A stretch of 57,847 nucleotides of DNA, counting the filler, from Stramenopiles sp. TOSAG23-6 (Eukaryota): assembly GCA_900128565.1 (NCBI GenBank). It is 3 parts of 3 records of this genome, joined end to end, with 100 filler letters (N's around TTAATTAATTAA, not from the genome) between each part and the next. Parts side by side here need not be neighbours in the genome. Positions count along the whole stretch, not along the records: positions 38,685 to 57,847 come from LT636054.1; 2 more parts are not named here. One strand, written 5' to 3'. The position numbers and the translations under genes were made by a program. Within the stretch, counting starts at the first letter, position 1. Every line of letters begins with the position of its first letter. Positions 52,280-57,847 of this stretch are shown piece after piece. The notes beneath the pieces were generated by a model. The model was not told where the DNA came from, made no database searches, and saw only the letters and a list, made by a program, of their open reading frames with translations.

Positions 52280-53533
52280 ATGCAAATGAAGCATAATACT
52301 GAACAAGCTGCTGCTCCACCAGCAAAACGAGTAAAGTTAAACAATGCTGTTACCCTGAGTCACTTTTCTACCAATGAATTAGGTGTCACTAACAACTGGA
52401 AAATGTTTGGAACGAAAAACAGTCCAACGTTATATGTCCGTGATTTTGATACTTCCAAGTCAGATAAAGACAAAAAAGTTGCTGGTTTTGATATGGACTG
52501 GAATTTGATTCAAACAAAATCAGGAAAGAGACATCCTCGTTCACCTGATGACTGGAAGTTATGGCATGATAGTGTTCCAACTAAGCTTCAGGCTTTGCAC
52601 CGTGAAGGTTATACCATTTGTGTTTTTACTAATCAAAGAGGCATTTCTAATGGAAAGACGAAAGCGACGGATATTTTTAAAAAAATAGAAGATATTCAGT
52701 CTTCTCTTGAGGTTCCATTGATTGCATTTATATCTGCTGCCAATGATTGTTTTCGAAAACCACGAGTAAATGCCTGGAGGCAAATGGAAAAAATAGTAGG
52801 TANTGTTTTACGTAAAGACTCTTTTTTTGTTGGAGATGCTGCAGGTCGAGTTCCACCNTNAGTNAAGAAGAAAGATTTTAGTAATACTGATCTTAAATTT
52901 GCAATGAATTTAGGCATTTCATTTATGACTCCTGANGAATGCTTTCTTGGACTTACACANACATATGAAAAGAACAACTTTTCTTTTGATCCTCGGAAAC
53001 TTGGTGAAAACCCTACAAAACTCCCTTGTTTCTCCNAGGCTTCTTTTGAAATGATTATCATGGTTGGCTCTCCTGGTTCTGGAAAAAGTTTTTTCTCACG
53101 TAATATTTTTTCTTCCTATGAAAGAATTAATCAAGATACTTTGAAAACGAAGAAGAAATGTTTAAAAGCTTGCCAAATAGCTTTAGATTCAAAAAAATGT
53201 GTGATCATTGATAAACAAAATACAAGTGTGAATGATAGAGCTCCATANATCGAAATGGCAAACAAGGCTGGAGCATCNGTTAAATGTATATGGATGAATG
53301 TGAGCAAAGAGTTTTGTTTNCATTTAAATACATATCGATCTTTGAATGTAGCATCTTTTGAACATAGAGGAGTAAAGGAAGTNCCACCTGTGGTCATCCA
53401 TTCTTTTTACAAAAANTTAGAAAAACCAACACTAAAGGAAGGATTTACTGATATTATTCCCATTGGTTTGAATCATTTTACNTTATCTGACAAATCTGCA
53501 GATGTTGCATTAATAAGATCATTTTTGTTGTGA
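52280..53533 (+). CDS. PNKP: Bifunctional polynucleotide 3'-phosphatase/5'-kinase; intronless
   Basis: AGFDMDWNLIQTKSG, VFTNQRG, FRKP, SFFVGDAAGR, DFSNTD; P-loop GSPGSGKS; RINQDTL. Confidence 0.93.
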   Translation: MQMKHNTEQAAAPPAKRVKLNNAVTLSHFSTNELGVTNNWKMFGTKNSPTLYVRDFDTSKSDKDKKVAGFDMDWNLIQTKSGKRHPRSPDDWKLWHDSVPTKLQALHREGYTICVFTNQRGISNGKTKATDIFKKIEDIQSSLEVPLIAFISAANDCFRKPRVNAWRQMEKIVGXVLRKDSFFVGDAAGRVPXXXKKKDFSNTDLKFAMNLGISFMTPXECFLGLTXTYEKNNFSFDPRKLGENPTKLPCFSXASFEMIIMVGSPGSGKSFFSRNIFSSYERINQDTLKTKKKCLKACQIALDSKKCVIIDKQNTSVNDRAPXIEMANKAGAXVKCIWMNVSKEFCXHLNTYRSLNVASFEHRGVKEXPPVVIHSFYKXLEKPTLKEGFTDIIPIGLNHFXLSDKSADVALIRSFLL

Positions 53534-53626
53534 AATTTCATGGTATGTAAGCTATTCGTTTTATTGAAAAATAAACATTTTATTTCAACATCCTCTTTGA
53601 AACAAAGCATAAATAAACATTTTATT

Positions 53627-55654
53627 TCAACATCCTCTTTGAAACGAAGCATGGCGTAGACGATTTACAGCAGCAATGACTTCCAAAGCACGAGGTCTAG
53701 CCATGTTACCCAGCTTAGTAAATGTACCAAAATGATCCATTCCTTCTTCACTATCCATAGCATNATCAATAGCCACTTTCATGTCAGCCATAGAATCATA
53801 TTTTTTCTGTTTTCCAAGCCACTGTACAGCATAAGCAGTTGCACGTGTTTGAGATGTCTCTACTAATTGCTCTATAGCACACAAGTCAATCTTAGTTGCA
53901 CCATATTCTATAATCTTTTTATCTCGACACATAACTTTGCCTCTGTCNCCACGAACAGCTAAACTATGAGGTAATGGAGAGCGTCGACTTGCGCTACATT
54001 GATTTGAGCACGTCAAAGATCGAATGACATCGTCGTCAGAAATGACACCTTCTGTATTTTTCCTAGCTCTTTTCNACATTGGGGCATCTCCATCCTCTTT
54101 TGAAGTTAGAAATATTTGAGGAATCTTTGATTCATTTTGTGCAAATGCATGAGCAATAGCCTTTGCTTTTGCTGTCACATCNGTTGCTTTGTANCAATCC
54201 ATCAATATAACAGTATCTGCAACACTAAAGAAGCAACCTGCTCCACCAACAACAAGAACTGTACTAACTTTCAGATTTTGCCATAATTGACGAGCCCGTG
54301 AAAGAAATGGGGTAATTGGTTCTTTATGAGAGGGTAATAAGTGAGCCATNTGNTCATCCCGAATCATAAAGTTAGTAGCACAAGAGTCTTCGTCCATTAG
54401 CAATGTTTTCGACCCCGCTTGAAGTGCTTCTACAATATTTGCAGCTTGACTAGTAGATCCTGAAGCATCAGATGTGCTAAATTCTGTGGTACCTTTACCC
54501 ATTGGTAGATTGTTAATAAAAGCTGATATATCGAGTGAGTGAATTGCCCTTCCATCTTCTGCTCTTATCTTCAAAGCATCTGCATCAGTTACCACAAATT
54601 CTCGCCCATCACCCGGTATGTGGTTATAGCATCCNACTTCAAGTGCTTTTAATAAGGTTGATTTCCCATGAAAACCACCACCAACAATAAGAGTTACACC
54701 TTGCGGGATACCACAGCCTACCAAAAGACCAGAATTCGGTACAGTAAATTTATGTTCTAAACTAGTTGGTGACGAAAATGCAACTGCTGTAGATAAATCC
54801 ATTGGCAAATCACTAGCACCACTATCACGAGGTAAAATTGAACCATTTACAATAAAAGCAGTTAAACCTGCATCTCTTAACTGACCNCGTAAACTTTCTT
54901 GATCTTCCACACAAAGNACATGTTTTTTGCCAGCATTTTGGTCAACACCAGAACCATTCCAATTGAGTGCAGCATCTACTAATAAAGGGATGTCCCGAAC
55001 AAATATCTCTATAGCACGTCTACCCATTATAGAGCGACCTCTTGCTGGAAGTGCAACTGTAAAGCGAGCTTCTACAGAAGTTTCAGTCACAATTACACTT
55101 GTTCGTTCGAGAACATGTTGACCAGGTTTATCAATACTCATATTTCCACCTTTGGGGCCTGACCATCCCTTCCCAGTACTAGATTTATCAGTGCCTTTTG
55201 CATGAGCTGCCTTCCAAAAGCATCTAGTAAAGTAATCGGCAAGAGCCACACGACGAGTTCGAGAAGAAACAAGTTCACTTGGAACGTTGGCTTGCGAATG
55301 TTCAATTAGGACATGACATCGTGAAGGTGGCGCATAGGAGTCTCCTTGAACGTGATTTACACCAAGAACATACTTTGTATTACAATTATCAAATGACCAA
55401 AGCCCACGTATATCTTTGTATGCATTATAGGATTTCCCGTCAATACGACGCAACTCCTTTTCCAAGTCGTTTTGTGAACCTACTCGGTTGACAGGTCCAG
55501 AGTCATGATGCTTATGTTGACTTCGACTACCACCACCACGCCCTCCATATTTAGCTTTATAATATGCTCCTCTACCTCTACCTCTTCCGCGACCGCCACC
55601 TCTTCCACCACGGTAGCCACCACCTCCGCGGCCTCTACTATATGATGATCGCAT
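53627..55654 (-). CDS. ABC-class ATPase (MRB1590 / bacterial 'predicted ABC ATPase' family) with an N-terminal RGG tail; intronless
   Basis: IDGKSYNAYKDI, HVQGDSYAPPSR, VALPARGRSI, LIVGGGFHGKSTLL, YNHIPGDGRE, ASGSTSQAAN, LLMDEDSCATNFMIRD, RPRALEVIAAVNRLR. Confidence 0.88.
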   Translation of the reverse strand: MRSSYSRGRGGGGYRGGRGGGRGRGRGRGAYYKAKYGGRGGGSRSQHKHHDSGPVNRVGSQNDLEKELRRIDGKSYNAYKDIRGLWSFDNCNTKYVLGVNHVQGDSYAPPSRCHVLIEHSQANVPSELVSSRTRRVALADYFTRCFWKAAHAKGTDKSSTGKGWSGPKGGNMSIDKPGQHVLERTSVIVTETSVEARFTVALPARGRSIMGRRAIEIFVRDIPLLVDAALNWNGSGVDQNAGKKHXLCVEDQESLXGQLRDAGLTAFIVNGSILPRDSGASDLPMDLSTAVAFSSPTSLEHKFTVPNSGLLVGCGIPQGVTLIVGGGFHGKSTLLKALEXGCYNHIPGDGREFVVTDADALKIRAEDGRAIHSLDISAFINNLPMGKGTTEFSTSDASGSTSQAANIVEALQAGSKTLLMDEDSCATNFMIRDXXMAHLLPSHKEPITPFLSRARQLWQNLKVSTVLVVGGAGCFFSVADTVILMDXYKAXDVTAKAKAIAHAFAQNESKIPQIFLTSKEDGDAPMXKRARKNTEGVISDDDVIRSLTCSNQCSASRRSPLPHSLAVRXDRGKVMCRDKKIIEYGATKIDLCAIEQLVETSQTRATAYAVQWLGKQKKYDSMADMKVAIDXAMDSEEGMDHFGTFTKLGNMARPRALEVIAAVNRLRHASFQRGC

Positions 55655-56007
55655 GAAAAGTTTTAAAAAGGTACTTCTTTTTTTCGTAGATTTTTTTATC
55701 GAATGTATTGACTCGAAAAACAAACAAACCTGTTGCTGNTGGTCAATGTGACATNTCATCAACATCATAATGTCATTATATGTCACAACAACAAACAATT
55801 ATCAAAAACACAAACAAACAACAACAATAATTTTCAAAATATTTATTGTTCAATGACAAATTCAAAGCTTTTAATTATTTACATGACATTGTGGCAGGGA
55901 TTTAAGTATATCGGTGGTATTAAAAAAGNAATAACGCATACTTTTGAATGTTAGGTNTTTATTACAATCTCAAATCTTAAAAAAATCNATAGCTCTTTTT
56001 TTANTCA

Positions 56008-57291
56008 CTATTCAGACAAATCTAAAGTACAACCAATAAGAATNTGATCTGATGGATTTTCCTCGTTTGGGCAGAGTGGTTGAGAGTGATCAGGATATGN
56101 TTCAGTTGCCTGAGGCGTTTCCAATACTTCTTCAACACTCCAGTGATCTGAGATAAATACATAGTCAATTGTATCCGTAAATGCATTTGGTTTCTTTTCA
56201 CCTCCACTAACAGTATGATTTGTCCAAGAAGGTTCATGGCCTTGATATTCCATATACGCCGATCGAAANGGAAATTCTAAACTAGGCTTCCATGAAACAC
56301 GTGCTTTCGCAATTACATCTTCTGATATATAAGCAGGATCATCTGGGCTTATTGAACCACTNGTGATCAGAGCATATGGACCATCAACTGGTTTAATATT
56401 AAAATCACCTAATAAAACATAAGGCTTGATAATATCACTATCTGCAGTAGCAAGGTCNATGACACGTTGTGCACAAAGTTGGGTGTGGATTGTCATAATT
56501 GGTTGTTGCCAGTAACAACATGGCATGTGGTACGTAGATACGATGAAAGAAGGGCCTGAGGACACTTTACTACGGCTTCGTGTCATTCTACCAGAATACC
56601 ATGAGCTACCAGAACTTGAATCTTTACCCCGTAGCTCAAATGATATCATATTATTATATCTTTTACGTGAGTACTCAAATGAACATANTTTTTCGACAGC
56701 TTTTGGTTTTGACCATACGAAGAATTCTTGCAAGCCAGGAACTGCGGCTAAAACACATAANAATAGTGTTATGAAAAGATNAAAGTCCNTTACCCTTTCA
56801 ACTTCTAGTATCAAGGACGCAGCAACAGTTACTGGCAATACTATNCTAGTAATAGTTTCGCCAATTGATANAAACCGTNTTACAGATGAACATAATGNAN
56901 TTCCTTTCGTCTTTTTCTTATCAGTGTCCTTTAACATTTTGATTGCTGGAGACTGTCCAACTCTGAAAATATCAGCATTCACTAGTTCATACTTTTCCAT
57001 AGGAAAAGCAAGAGAAACACCCATAAATCCACTCCATTGACTTCCATAAAGACTATCGCAGTAATAGTAACCATTTGATAAAAACAAAGCGTGAAACCGT
57101 CCTGACCATTCCATACAAACTTCTTGTAGGGCAATGATGGCACGTCTATTCATTTGTTCTTGTAGCTTTGCTACGATACGCTCATATCGAGTTTCTGGAT
57201 CACAGTCTTCAGGCTTACAGTGTAGAAACCANCCCGAATTCCCAAGAAAAGGGGAAAGAACATTGTATGAGACAAAATCGTGATGCGACAT
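56008..57291 (-). CDS. EEP-superfamily phosphatase/nuclease (CCR4/nocturnin/Angel-like) with an internal hydrophobic insert
   Basis: SYNVL, ALQEV, TYHMP, LLGDFN, TIDYVF, PSDx. Confidence 0.85.
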   Translation of the reverse strand: MSHHDFVSYNVLSPFLGNSXWFLHCKPEDCDPETRYERIVAKLQEQMNRRAIIALQEVCMEWSGRFHALFLSNGYYYCDSLYGSQWSGFMGVSLAFPMEKYELVNADIFRVGQSPAIKMLKDTDKKKTKGXXLCSSVXRFXSIGETITXIVLPVTVAASLILEVERVXDFXLFITLXLCVLAAVPGLQEFFVWSKPKAVEKXCSFEYSRKRYNNMISFELRGKDSSSGSSWYSGRMTRSRSKVSSGPSFIVSTYHMPCCYWQQPIMTIHTQLCAQRVXDLATADSDIIKPYVLLGDFNIKPVDGPYALIXSGSISPDDPAYISEDVIAKARVSWKPSLEFXFRSAYMEYQGHEPSWTNHTVSGGEKKPNAFTDTIDYVFISDHWSVEEVLETPQATEXYPDHSQPLCPNEENPSDXILIGCTLDLSE

Positions 57292-57554
57292 TTGCTCACC
57301 TATAACTAACTATACTTTCGTTGCGCACTTTTTGGCGTGTCGAAAAATTTATGACACGCGCTGGCCACGAGTCGAATTTTTATCAGCAATTTTTATTTTA
57401 TCTCAATTATATTATTATAGTAGCAAGTAGAGCTACCGGTCATATGAACAACTGATAGCAAAATAAATGAGATTTTTTTTTATTCATTATATACTTTAAG
57501 TCACACCTGATTTGAGATTCTTCTTAAGACTTATACTAGTAATTTTTTTTAAAA

Positions 57555-57792
57555 TTAGTATGAGAAAACAGGTACAAAATTTTCGGCGAGTAGCTTTTCA
57601 GTGAGAGACTCCTCATTTTTGATAGTGGTCTCGATATCTGTCACAAACATTGGCTCATCAGCAACGCCACACATATTTTTGCCCATCTCAAGGTAAATAT
57701 AACCTTTTTCTCCCCAATCCGTTGCCCAACTGTTACGTACGATCCAGTATGGAGTTACATTTTCCATGTTTACACCAACAATTTGTACACAG
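57555..57792 (-). CDS. Last exon of a papain-family (C1A) cysteine protease
   Basis: (H)CVQIVG...PYWIVRNSWATDWGEKGYIYLEMGKNMCGV. Confidence 0.9.
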
Positions 57793-57847
57793 ATGTATTG
57801 TGAAAAAAAAATGTAGTCNAAANTTNTTAGGTACAAAATTTCGTACG
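57793..57847 (-). other. Family intron, 3' part (ends CAT)
   Basis: CGTACGAAATTTTGTACCTAA...TTTTCACAATACAT|C TGT GTA CAA. Confidence 0.85.

Noticed and set aside
52800-57830. Scattered single Ns as editing or hypervariable sites
   Set aside because: More simply ambiguous consensus from heterozygosity, mixed cells or low coverage; frames stay intact.
717-57836. Recurring peptides FRTKFRT, YEILYLT and RNFVPN in the ORF track as a protein motif
   Set aside because: They are three-frame read-through of the intron core sequence.
1-57847. Classical U12 AT-AC introns
   Set aside because: AT-AC appears only by sliding 2 nt where the exon ends in AT. It fails at 23230, 25805, 26403, 48409 and 57793, and the ATATCCTT donor and CCTTAAC branch consensus are absent. 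A diverged minor spliceosome remains possible.
1-57847. Alternative genetic code or pseudogenes explaining the fragmented ORFs
   Set aside because: Long intronless ORFs have no in-frame stops, TAA/TAG/TGA all end genes, and removing the introns restores the frames.

Overview
AT-rich, gene-dense nuclear DNA of a eukaryotic microbe. It is probably a heterotrophic protist, possibly a stramenopile, but I cannot place it firmly. The window is three contigs joined by artificial N/TTAATTAATTAA linkers at 19268-19367 and 38585-38684, and it shows amplification-type inversion chimeras. About 17 genes are visible: TBC1D23-like, a giant cysteine-rich multipass membrane protein, USP32-like deubiquitinase, CAMK-like pseudokinase, bacterial-type C5 DNA methyltransferase, IQ/ankyrin protein, CEP57-like, SLU7 (scrambled), IDH, mitochondrial IF2, SMYD-like SET, DMGDH, a repeat HTH protein, PNKP, an RGG ABC-class ATPase, an EEP phosphatase and the last exon of a papain-family protease. 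The main discovery is the intron system. By restoring reading frames of conserved proteins by hand I reconstructed 32 complete and 3 partial introns of 85-131 nt. All belong to one sequence family (RTAYRTTTT ... hairpin-GTACCTAAC ... AAATATTTTTCACAATACAT) and all lie in the host gene's sense orientation. Almost none end in AG: 23 are GT-AT, 4 AT-AT, 1 GT-AC, 2 ambiguous and only 2 GT-AG. Nearby AGs are skipped. This points to an introner-like intron family and a splicing machinery whose default 3' splice site is YAU. No transcript data were available, so all junctions are inferred from protein conservation.
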